Assembly: GCF_009914755.1 (NCBI RefSeq)
Contig: NC_060927.1
Length of the DNA stretch: 64,000 nucleotides
Strand: one strand, 5' to 3'
Origin: the human T2T-CHM13v2.0 reference genome, Homo sapiens
Below, one piece after another: positions 16,681 to 30,700 of the stretch; the stretch's first letter is position 1; every line of letters starts with the position of its first letter. Position numbers and translations under genes: made by a program. The notes below the pieces were generated by a model, which saw only the letters and a program-made list of their open reading frames with translations, ran no database searches and had not been told where the DNA came from.

Positions 16681-17170
16681 TAATTTACATTCCCACCACC
16701 AGTGTACAAGGGTTCCCTTTTCTCCACATCCTCATTTGTTTTTTCCAGAAGACAGCATTTGCTATTACCTGTCTTTTGGATAAAAGCCATTTTAACTGAG
16801 GCAAAATGATATCTGATTGTAGTTTTAATTTGCATATCTCTGATGAGCAATGATGTTAAGCAGCTTTTCATATGCCTATTTGCCATTTGTATGTCTTTTG
16901 AGAAATATCTATCCATATTTTTCGCCCAATTTTACATCAGATTCTTAGATTATTTTCCTATAGAGTTGTTTGAACTCCTTATATATTCTGGTTATTAATC
17001 TCTTGTCAAATGGATAGTTTGTAAATATGTTTCCCTTTCACTGGTTTTTGTCTTCATTTTGTTTGTTTCCTTTGCTGTGCAGATTAACTTGATGTGATCC
17101 CAATTATGCATGTTTGCTTTGGTTGCCTGTGTTTGTGGGGTGTTACTCAAGAAATCTTTGCCCAATCCAA
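16681..17170 (-). mobile_element. Older L1 (L1PB/L1MA-like) ORF2 C-terminal fragment
   Basis: Minus-strand translations [16 protein letters not shown]...[13 protein letters not shown] and [18 protein letters not shown] resemble diverged L1 ORF2. Confidence 0.85.
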
Positions 17171-18079
17171 AGAACATTCATCTTTGTCAAATGAGCTATA
17201 GAATTAATGTTTTTCCTATTTTTATTTATTCATTTTATATTTATTTCTATTTTATATATTCATATAACAATATATTTATTCATAATATCACTTTGAATAT
17301 CATTTGTTTTCATCTTGCATTTTTCTCATTTTTCATTGAGGCCTAATTTACATGCAATGAGATACTCAGATCATGAGTCGTAGTTTTAGGAGATTTGGCA
17401 ATTGTATATATTACCCAAGAAAGTTCCCTTAAGTTCCCTTATTCCTCTTTCTATTCAAGTCCCATCTGCCACCCTCAGAGGCAATGACTTTCTGACCTCT
17501 ATCACCAGAAATTATTTCTATATGTTCTTTTAAATCAGATAAGAATCACACCATATTTATTTTTTGTATCTGGATTCTTTCATTTTGTGCAGTTGTCTGA
17601 GATTCATCCATGTTGTTGTATTAGCAGTCTTCATCTTTTTGTTGTTTAGTATGCCACGATTATACCATAATTAATTTACCCATTTTTCTTTTTTATCATA
17701 ATCTTATATAAGGGAAAAACATGGGAATACATGAACTGTATCTTTGGCTCAAATCCATCTTCTATCAGTTCTAAGGGCCTCAGGGTATTTGCCATGAGGG
17801 GCCGTGACACCAGCCTGGACTATTAGGAATGGACCTTTGCTTCTCACAGCAGTCATTTATTCCTCCACTTTTTCTACTAGCGTCATGTGAAGTGGGAAGG
17901 GTACTGGCCCGAGAGTTAGGAGACTCGAGTTCAAGTGGCAGCTCTGCGCTGGCTTGGCAGTGTAACTGGCCACTCCATCACCAGGACTTAATTTCTTCAT
18001 CAGTAAAATGTTTGGTTTGGACTGAACAGTCCCTTTTTCATCTCTGACATCCTACGGTCCCTTAAAAATCCCTCCTCTG

Positions 18080-18560
<481 letters not shown>

Positions 18561-20924
18561 CTAAAGAGCTTGCTACAAGAAAATTTCCCTAAAAAGTATT
18601 GGGTCTTAAAATTTCATCTCATTTTCAAGTTCTTAGAATACTGTTAATTTGCAAAGCTGATTATGGATGGCATACTTTATTATGCTTTTTAATCATACTT
18701 CAAAACTGCACTATGGATTTGTTCTTTCTGTCTTCCTCCCATGCTTAATCATTATTTTTGGTGGCACCTTCTAAACTGTTGACTTATTTTCTTTCTTTCT
18801 GATTTGTAGTAGATGTTGTATAATCTAAGTTTAGGCAGAGATAGTGAAAGTGCTGGCCTGCCTGTATTTCAGCCAGTCCTGGGTTAATATTATTCATGTG
18901 GCAATGTCTGTTTTACTTTAGGACTCAACGTATTTAATACTTCCTCTCCTCCTCTTTACAATACATAGAGGAAAGGCCTTTGAAACATAATTTCTCTCCC
19001 TATGGGAAATGCTTTCTATAAATTTTTCATTTTCAATACAAACTGCTTCACTTTACAAAACAGTATCTGTCCCTAGCATGAAAAAATACTGGAGGGATAT
19101 GAACAGTAAAGGAGAATATTTTTCTAGCTTGTGTTAAATCAATAATGTAGTGATTCCAAGGGAATTGAGAGGTTCGTGTATTTATTCATATATTAGTCAA
19201 AAATTCAAAATTCTATCTCTAATTAAAAAGGAATTTGAGAAGTATCTACCATTTTTATTGTCCATCTCTTTGGACATATGCTTTGCAGCACAGTGGAGCG
19301 GAAGGAGCGTAGACCTACAGAAATTTAGAGGGCTAAATTTTTAATATTGGCCTGGCTACATTGCCTGGACTTTGGGAAAATCACTTAAGCTCTCTTAGCC
19401 TTAGTCTTTTTATCTGTAAACTGAGAATAATAATGCCAGTTTTTCAAGGTTGCATTGAGGATCTTAGGTAATACATATAACATTCATGGAACATAAAATG
19501 TGAACCAATGAAGGTGCCAATGCAATTACACCTTCATTAGGAGTTGTCATTTCTGCGGCTTCTCATTAGAACATCAAAATTAGTTCCTTCAATCTTTACT
19601 GAGGCGCAGAGCTTTAAACTCTAACTTTGAAACTTCCAAAATGAAGTGTGAAAGGTCTGAGGCCTTGTGAGTTTGAAAATGCAGTTCACACTTCATTTTA
19701 GAAGCTCCAGAATTTTTTACCAAATTGAGATTGGATTCAGGAAATCATATTTTAAAGCCCTGGTTCATGCCATTTTCTAAAGAAGTACCTAGAAGGCCAT
19801 AATCAGAATGCTTATTAAGTGACCACACTTTGAACTGCATTGCAGATAAATTACCTCTGTGTGGGGAGATGTGTCTTGAGATTCTGCGGTCAAGGCTCAG
19901 ACAGCCCCAGAGCTGGAAACCTCAGAGCATTTATGCCTCTGTCACTAAAGGATGGGGTTATGGGGGCTGGACAGAAAGCTTGAGAGAGATGAAAAGTTCA
20001 GTGGGCTTGAGGGAGGATTACTGAATTACAATAATATCCACACCGTAAAGTGAATTTGTACTTGCAAGAGACACATTATTTATCTAGAATTTTAGAAAGG
20101 GTCTCTTTTCAGGTCACTGTGTAGATTGCCTGTGATTTGTTCTCCTTGATTGAATGTGAGTGAGTGTGAAGCATATCTAAACAGGTCTCACAGCAAGTTT
20201 CTTTCATAAATCTCCTCTGGTATATATGCTGTGTACCCTTGACAAGGAGAACACTATTAATGGCGACAGTATGCACTGGAACTCAGAGCACTGACGTGGG
20301 AATTGGGAGCTCTCAGGTCTGTTGTTTCTGCCAGAGAATGACTCTGTGACCTTGGGACAAGTGGATTCACAAACAAGCTGAAGGAGATCATATCTGTCCT
20401 AGACCGAAAGCTTATCTGAGAAAGATGCTACATGACTACAAAGAGGTTATTTAGTTTCTTAGTTCAGATAAGGAAAACACTAATAATTAGTCCAAACTTC
20501 AAGGCTTTGTCTTTGTCTTCTAAGCTTGCTTTCCCCTGTGATGTCCAGTCTCTCCTAAACCAGATAAGGATTCACACTATTAATCTCGACAAAATCAATT
20601 CTTTGCATTTGTGCTTTTATTAGGTCAGTCATTAGTCAATGAACACTTATTGCACGCCTGCTGTTTGTGCAGACACTGTGCTAGTCAGGGGATGCAAAAG
20701 ATGAGTCCGTGCTGGTCCCATTTCAAAGAACTCAAAATATGGTGGAGACAAGCACGTATACAAAACCAGAACACAGTATAATGAATACCACAGGAGTATA
20801 CCCGCAAAAGTTATATGGGTGAAGAAAGAAGGATTAATTAGTTCTGCCAGAGAAGGACTAATTCAGGGAAGGCTTTGGAGAACAGGGCACACATGATCGG
20901 AGACTTTACTGGTTCAGTCAGCTA

Positions 20925-21332
<408 letters not shown>

Positions 21333-21540
21333 TTATCTGGCTAGAATATAGGGTACCATAGGGGAATGACTGAGCATGGGTCAGAGTTGTAAACATCCTT
21401 ATCATGCCAATGAGTTGGATTTCTCCAGAAGGCATAGAGAGATCTGTTTATAGTTTCTAGGTAAGAAAGAGTTTATGAACTTGCCTGTGTCTTCGAAATA
21501 TGCTCTGGCAGAATAGAAAAGGTGATCAACCAGAGTAGGA

Positions 21541-21812
21541 CAGAGGCCACACACATCTGCCCTGAGGTCAGATACCTATACATTTATTGTGTTTGATAGC
21601 CAAATGATTTTAATGTAAACTAGTTGCAAACATTTAAAATTTGGGAAATTTTACATAAAAATCTAGATTTTCGAGCTTCTATTAAGAAGTAGAGTGCACA
21701 ATATCTGCCTAGCAAGAAACAGCTGTTGCTGAGAAGTGTCTTCCACCTTCAGCTAGAGCATGCAGTCTGACATTTGCTTTTCTGGTTCTTGTATTTGAGT
21801 GTGAGACTCTTG
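21541..21812. mobile_element. hAT-Charlie DNA transposon remnant (MER102-like)
   Basis: AAATTTTACATAAAAATCTAGATTTTCGAGCTTCT resembles the MER102 core as I recall it. Confidence 0.45.
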
Positions 21813-22957
21813 GAGTAAAGCAAACCCAGGGTCAGAAAGATCACTGGTGATGATGTTGCAGTTGTACTGTCAGGACTGATGAAAACCTAAACTAAGGTGG
21901 AAGCCTTGAGGAATGAAGAGGAGGGCAAGGATGGATTTGCTGATTGTTTAGATGTGTCATGGATGAAAGAGATGGAGAAATCAAAGAAGACTCTCAGGTT
22001 GTAATTTTAGGTAACTGGGTAGGATTCCCATGTAGTCAGAAACCCAGAAAGAAGAGAAGGCTTTGGGAAGATGACAGTGTATTCAATGTGGCTTTTTGTG
22101 GTTCAAGACTTTGGAAAATATTGATTAGACTGTTGAAAAGTACTTATAGGTCAGGAACCTGGTCAGAAAGTATTGTGCTAAAATAATATTGTTATGACCC
22201 AAGCAGTTGTAAAAATAACTTTTATTGTCTAACTCTCACAGTTTATCTTGAACTCTTAACAGGTTGTCAGGCAAATATCTGTTCTTGAAACCAGAAAAAC
22301 AAATCAAGAAATTGGGATATTTGAAATGCCTAGAGTGGGCTTATAACTGTAAATGATATTTTACAATGGAAAAGTAGAAACAGTCTTTAGCAGCCAATGT
22401 GAAATAACTGGGTAATGTTATTTAATAGAATGCAAATTTGAAATGAGTGATAACCATTATGGAGAATTTTGTTAGGAAAAAAATTAATAAAGTGAATGTA
22501 ACACATGAAGCAGAGCTGGAACTAGGAAGAAGGAAGTCAGGCTCCTGGGGAACCAAATTAAGGAGACTTCCCCTCTCAGGCACTTGTGGGACCCTGACGG
22601 TAAGCATCTCCTTAGGTACTGCTCCCATCCTCATCCTTGCCTTGAGTTTTTGAAAAATATATGTTAGAAATGTTTATGATTATATATCACAAACTGTTAT
22701 TCTCAATTTTATGAAATTCCCTAGATATGATTACAATAGTCATTTGAGATTTATGATCTTATCTAATTGTTATGTATGTACCCATTGTGGGGTGATACAG
22801 GCAGAATAAGCTCTGAATTTGAGACTTGTGAAAACCATAAGAGCCTCGAGTCTTGTCTTATGAGTCTCCGGGTAGAGCTGAACTGGCTGCAGCTCCAATG
22901 AGAGGCAATTGCTTGAGAACTGTTTCCACCAGCATACTGCATGGAATGGGTCCCTCT

Positions 22958-23038
22958 CTGATGCAGATCCCACTGATACTGATGTCGCACTCTTGCTGAT
23001 GCAGATCCCACTGATATTCATGTCGCACTCTTGCTGAT
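22958..23038. repeat. 38-bp tandem duplication
   Basis: CTGATGCAGATCCCACTGATACTGATGTCGCACTCTTG twice (2 mismatches), then CTGAT. Confidence 0.95.
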
Positions 23039-23271
23039 TTTGATGGGCCAGTCAATAGCAGGGCAGCGTGTCAAGATGCTGGAGCAAGGAAGTCCTTTGT
23101 ACTATTTTTCTCACTGCTGTCTTTTCCTTATGGCATGCCATTCTGTCTTAGAAAATGTGAGACCTGAAGTAGACATTTGGCATCATCTAGTCCAACCTCT
23201 TTGATACACAGATGTAAAAACTGAGGCACAGAGGAGGGGAAGAACTTTGCTCAAATCAAAAAGTGTATTAA

Positions 23272-23965
<694 letters not shown>

Positions 23966-25059
23966 GCAAATTGGTGCCATTTCTAGGACTAGTATCCTAT
24001 TTCCTAACTCCTAGTAGAATGTTTTTTCTATACCACAGATTTTTAATTCTCATAAAGATGTGATTTTTAATTAAGAAGCCTATAAGAACATTTTGAATAT
24101 GCACAAATTCATCATTTTATATGTCCATACGGGATGCAGTGATTCCCCTTTGCTTAAGATCAATTTTTGTTTTTATTAATCCCTTGATATATAGATAGGA
24201 GTCAGGCAGACCCAAGTTTAATTTCTGTCTACCAACTTGTGACTTTGGGTCCATATGAATAAAAAATCTATGCTTTGATTTTGTTTTTTCCTCTCTAAAA
24301 TAGTAACAACATGTCATCTTGGGGTTGTTTTAAAAATTAAATGGGATGATATTAATGAAAGAGCCTAGCCCAGTGTTTAGTATTGAATAGGTAGATATCT
24401 AATGGTACAGATACCAGTTTCCTTCTTTCTCCTCACTTCCTTAGGTTCCCTCCAACCTGAAGACAACGTATGTTTCTCATAGATAATTACAAGGAATTTA
24501 AATCCTTGACAAAATGATTTTCTGGCTATCCATAGCGGACATGTCTAGATACATACTCTGTTCATTTTAAAAGATGAGGAGGTTCTGACACAATCAGAGA
24601 ACTTTTTAAAAGTTATGGATGCCTGAGCCCCAGCCCCAGAGATAATGATTAAACAGGCCTAGAGGTTGTTAGTTTTTGAATGAAGTTTTTAGTTTTTATC
24701 TGCCTGAGTGAGTCTGATGTGCTATTGTGTTTTACACAGATCAATATGATGGTAGAATGAAACAGAGAAAACGGGGAAGCTGAGAGGTCACTTAGGCAGG
24801 TATTGTGATTATCTAAGTGAGAGATGATAGAACAATATGGCAAAAGATGGAATTAAAATATTTAGTGGGCAAAATTAATAGGACTTGATACCTGATGAGA
24901 TATAGGAAAAATAAACTTAATACATCTTTCAACACTAGCAAAACTGTAGCTCTTGAAATTTATCTGACCTGAACTAATTGGTTCGGGGTAAAGGAGAGGA
25001 GAAATTGTGATATGTGAAATATATTAATATTTAGAAAATTCTTCCAACATTATTAATAT

Positions 25060-25833
25060 ATAGAAAATTCTTAATTATCTGGAATAATGAGCCAAACTCA
25101 ACAAGATAAAATCTAAGAGGGTCAAGTCAAATTTCATTCTTACCTTTAAAAGTTAGCTATACAAGTACATCATATAAATGTCATTTACTTTGATAGCTGT
25201 TTATATTTTTTAAAAAAAGAAAGAAAACAAGACTGGTAGAGAAGATAGTCTGACCGCAAGATCAACAATAATAATAATAATGTAGGACCACAGAAAAGTA
25301 AATGAAATCTTGGACTGCATTCATCTAAAGAGGAGCATGCAGAACAGGGAAGCAGCAGTGCCTGGAGTGCTGAGTTCAGTTCTGGGCCCCACATGATGAA
25401 GGGAACCTGGATAAACTAGACCTTGGGCAGACAAAGGTGCTTGGGAGATTGAGGTGACAGAAATTTCTCATAAGGAATGATGGAAGGTATCCCTTTATTC
25501 CAATAAAAAGAAGACTAAGGAAAGGCAATGTTTTCAGTGCTCTTTAGGGCTGTTAAATTGAAAAGGCAACAGATTTGTCTGGAGAGGACAGAAGTAGGGC
25601 CAATGGGGAAGAAGATATTTATGTCAAAATAAGAAAGCTCTAACAATTAGACCTACCAGTGGAATGAACGAACCAAGAGAGTGAGCTGTCCCTGGACATG
25701 GTATAAGCAGCCTCAGGGGCTGGAAAAACACTGACTGACTGGGAATGTTGTAGAGGGAATTTATAGATCAGATTGATTGGGGAAAATAGCCCCAAAGGTT
25801 CTCCTCTCTCTGACATCACTCTATGATTCTATG
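25060..25833 (+). mobile_element. CR1/L3 LINE 3' fragment
   Basis: CTGGAGTGCTGAGTTCAGTTCTGGGCCCCACAT...GATAAACTAGA is typical of CR1 ORF2; ends in a CR1-type tail CTCTATGATTCTATG. Confidence 0.65.
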
Positions 25834-26465
25834 TGAAGTTCTAGCTTTTTAACTATTTTTTTGTATAATTAAATAATTTGTCTTTATTGATTGAGAACTA
25901 ATCATTAAAAAAGCTACTGTCTTTTCATGTCTAGAGATGATAAGAATAATACTACATGCTTTTGAAGAAAAGGAATTTTATGCAAATAATCCCATACCAG
26001 TGTATTACGCTTTTGCAGGGATAATCAAGAGCTTGCAAAATTTGAAACCACATTTTCCCCTGTATGGAGGAGGAAACTCTATTTTGCATCCGTACTTTAT
26101 GCCTTGGGCATTATTATTGCTCATATGCTCTAGGATTTTTAATAAACCTAACCTGCTTCATGAAATTACACTGCATTAATTCAACATGGCCATGTCCAAA
26201 ATTTAATATTCATTCATTTATTCAAGTATTTATTCAACAAACAATCCCTACTATATTTCATGTGCTATTGTCAGTGCTAGAAACATCAATTTAAAAATGT
26301 TTAAATCCTAGTCTTCGAAGAGTTTATAATTAAATATAAAAATATTGTCTATGTGTCAATTACTGTAGCTCCAAATACCTATTTACTCCAAAAATTAGTG
26401 TCTGAAAGGAACAATCATTTATTATCTCTTACAGTTTGGTGGGTCAGAAATTTGATAGCATCTTG

Positions 26466-26786
<321 letters not shown>

Positions 26787-26980
26787 TCAAGTGGGCAAGT
26801 TTGGCTTGGGGTCTTTCATGAGGTTTCTGGTGTGAGGTCTCTCAAAGGCTGCTTCTCCTTACACCTGGGCCAGGAGTGTTTGAACAGCTAGTCTGGAACA
26901 ACTTGGGGTCTTCAGGTATCTCCCTCTATCTGCATGTGGTCTCTCCAGCTTTGGGATAACCTAACTTCTTACATGGTAAC

Positions 26981-27375
26981 TGCTATAGTTTGAATGTGTC
27001 CTTTAAGTTAATGTGTTGGAAACTTAATTCCCAATGCAACAGTGTTGAGAAGTGGGGTATAATAAGAGATGATTAGGTTATGAGGGCTCTCCCCTTATGA
27101 ATGGATTGATGCCATTATTTTGGAAGTAGGTTAGTTATTGAGAGAGTAGGATGTTATAAAGTGAGTTTGACTCCCTCTTGCTCTCTTGCTGTCATCCTCT
27201 CTTGACCTTCTGCCTTCTGCCCTGGAATGACACAGTATGAAGGCCCTCACCAGATGCTGGCACCATGATCTTGGACTTCCCACCCTCCATTATCATAAAC
27301 CAAGTAAATTTATGTTGTTCAAAAGTGACACAGTCAGTGGTATTGTATTATAGCAACACAAAGCAAACTAAGATA
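26981..27375 (+). mobile_element. MST-family MaLR solo LTR
   Basis: Starts TGCTATAGTTTGAATGTGTCC, ends TATAGCAACACAAAGCAAACTAAGATA; 5-bp TSD GTAAC/GCAAC. Confidence 0.88.
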
Positions 27376-27441
27376 GCAACTGAGGACTTCAAAGGTATGT
27401 ATTTCAAGAGAAAACTATATCACATTTTAAGATTAGCATTA

Positions 27442-27747
<306 letters not shown>

Positions 27748-30700
27748 GGTTAGCATTAGAAGTCAGGCAGCATCACTGCTATGACATTCTCTTGGCCAGG
27801 CAGTTGCATAGGTTCTCCCAAGACCTCACCTCTTAGTGGTGGACTGTTAGTATCACATTGTGAGATGGGATGTGTTTTGGTGTAGTCATCTTTGAAAATT
27901 ACAACTTGCCATAGCATATGAACAGATAACACTATACTTGGGTTCTCTGCTATGGTGCTGTGAAAGAACAGAAGAGGAGAGTGATTAACAGAAGAGGTAA
28001 CATTCACATATCATGGGCCATATAATTTGATGTATGTAACTTGTTAAGGAAATACGTTCAAGGCAGGGGCAACAGCAGATGGAAAGGCATGAAAGAACAA
28101 TGAGCACAAAGTGTTTAAAAGCTTGGGTTGACAGGAACAAAGACTGAGTTGTAGGAGAGGTGACAGGCTAGGGGCCTAGACAGGGGAGGTAGGACAGCAT
28201 CCTGAAGGGCCTTGAACATCAAGTTAAAACGTTTGGCTTTGGGGAGCAGTCACTGTCTTTAGAGCACAGGCATATAAACTGATCGTCTTTGGTAATCTCT
28301 TCCATCTACAATCTTTCTTTCCTTTGATAGTAAACATATCATCTCTGTTAAAGTTGCTTCCTAGCTTAAACTGAACACAGACTCCAAACCATTGAAGCAC
28401 TTTAGATTTTTTTCTTTTTTTTTTTCCTTTTCTTTTACTCACCACAAACAACTCTAGAATGGCATGCATTTGAACAAACCAAAAGTGATTTCACTCTTCT
28501 AATTTTCAGTGCTTTTTGGCTAAATGCAGAGTGAGAAATTCATACCTTTTTCAAGCAGTGTGGGTTCTTTTTCCCAATTTCTGTCATCCATCTGGTTCTC
28601 TGGAGGTCTTGGAATCCAGGAAAGTGTTAGTTCACTGTGCTGAAATCCAAAAAAGACTGCTAAACTGTGAAAGAAAATTTGCATTCCAGAGACACTGAAA
28701 GAGTTAGTCCACCACCCTTTTGCAACAGCAAGGAGAAAACATCTGTATTTCCTGCCTCTTTGTCTTTAAGCAGTTATAGAATGGAAAACCCTATACTCCC
28801 TGGCTGTGCGTTTCATACCTAGTTAATCTAAATCACTTTTGGCAGGGTGGGGGAGGAATCAAAACATGGAATTATTTTATTTCTAGTGTCAGAAAATATT
28901 ACAGCCAAGATACTGTTTAAGGGAAGCAAATTACTTCACCAGCTTCCTTTTGAGCTCCTCATGAGGTTTAATTCTCATGAATGGGTCCTAGAGCCGACAT
29001 TTGACATACACATCAGCAGTGCCCTCTTCGGAAGGGAACCGCACAGTCACAGCCATGATGTTGGCATGTCTTTATGGCCTTCCTAAGTCATGTGCTGTCT
29101 TTTGTCTTCCATTGGCAGAAATACAATTAGAAGGCCTTGTTCTCAACAGAAGCCAAATGATTGCCAAATCTGTTCAACTGATCTCTAGAGAATTGAAGTT
29201 AGCTCATGGCCCTCTGGCTGTTCTCTTTGCCACTCCCAGGAGTTATAGGCTTAAAGTTATCCCTTTCTTTTGAAAGAGGATCAAGTTTGGTTCAAAGAAG
29301 CTTTTCTATCATCCCCAGGAGTACAAAGAGAGCCCTTCCATGACCCTAGTTGTTTGGCTCAGACCACTTATAGCTTACTGTAATTTAGGAAGTAATTGTA
29401 ATTCATAAAGCCAGGTAGATAATAAACATCTTGGCAGGGTTGAGTTTCAGGCAGCTCTGAAGGGAACCAACATGTGAGTGGAATGGTATTGGGAACATTT
29501 CTAGTCTCTGCTTGCAGATCTTGATTCTAATGGATGACTCAAACTGGTTTAATTCTGATCTGAAATGTGCAGGCAGGCAGTCATTACTCTGTATACACAT
29601 AGCTGAAAACATCATCACTTAAGCATGGGTTTTAGACATTCTCCTGGATGAGTTAGTTACCCATGGTAGACAAATACTGTAAGTAAAAAGAGCATTCTCC
29701 TAATTTCTATGTTGTGTGATTAACTTCAGATCATTTATATTCCTGGAGAAATATGTAGCACTATTTTTTCTTTAAAAGATATATTCTTGCTGAGGTAGAA
29801 TAAAGAACAGAAAAGTTGTAAGAGGCCTTAGATTTTAGGTTATTTAATGTCATTTAATTTTGTATTCAACCAATACTTACTGATTGCCTGTTATGTCTTA
29901 AGCGCTGCCGCAGAGGCTGCAAATGCAGTAGTGTCTTGAACAAACTAGTGTAAGATGAACAATAAGCATGGCAGAAGCATAGTAGCAACTAAATTCATGA
30001 AGTGATATCATAGTGATAAGCACTATGAAGAAAGCAACAGGATAAAGAGACAGAGTCTGGCTCTGGAGAGGGGGCTGCTGAAATAGTGTGGTGATGCAGG
30101 CCATCTGAGGATAGTAATGAAATTTGGGGGATGTCTATGGGAGTAGATGCTGTTGGATGAATCTTTGGAGTACTCCCAAATGATTGTTCATTCATTTACT
30201 TACTAAAATATTTACTGAGCTCCTTCTCTGTGCCCCAGGCATTGTTCTGGAAACTGAGGGTGATGCTTTGAACAAGACAAAGAACCATGCCCTATTGAAG
30301 CTTTTGTTCAGCCCTCAAATCACTCCATTTCAAGGGACCAAAAGCCCTATTAACTTAATTCCCTTATTTTATAGCTGACGGAATTTAGGCCCAGGGAGGA
30401 AATGCTTTGTACAAAACTCACTGCTGGTGGCTGACGTTGGCAAGACTGGAATACAGCCCTTGACTTCTGCTTTATTTCTCCTTGCCACTGAGCCATACAG
30501 AGTCTCTGTAACCATCTATGTCAGCAATTCTAGTTTAGTGCTGGGGTTGGTTAGCACTGTGACCCAAAGATAAGTCTTTTTCTCTATCAAGGCCTCATGT
30601 CTACTCTTAATAAAGGTAACAAAATTGAGGGTTGTTAAGATGGGGCTTCACAGGCGTGGGTACCAGGGGCTTTGTTGGACCTTGATTACGGTTAAGTCAA

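Noticed and set aside
22958-23038. Repeat of CRISPR-like length
   Set aside because: Two adjacent copies with no spacers, in eukaryotic DNA with no cas genes.
25022-25072. 22-bp direct repeat (a similar degenerate pair lies at ~56411-56475)
   Set aside because: Ordinary AT-rich slippage duplications with no sign of function.
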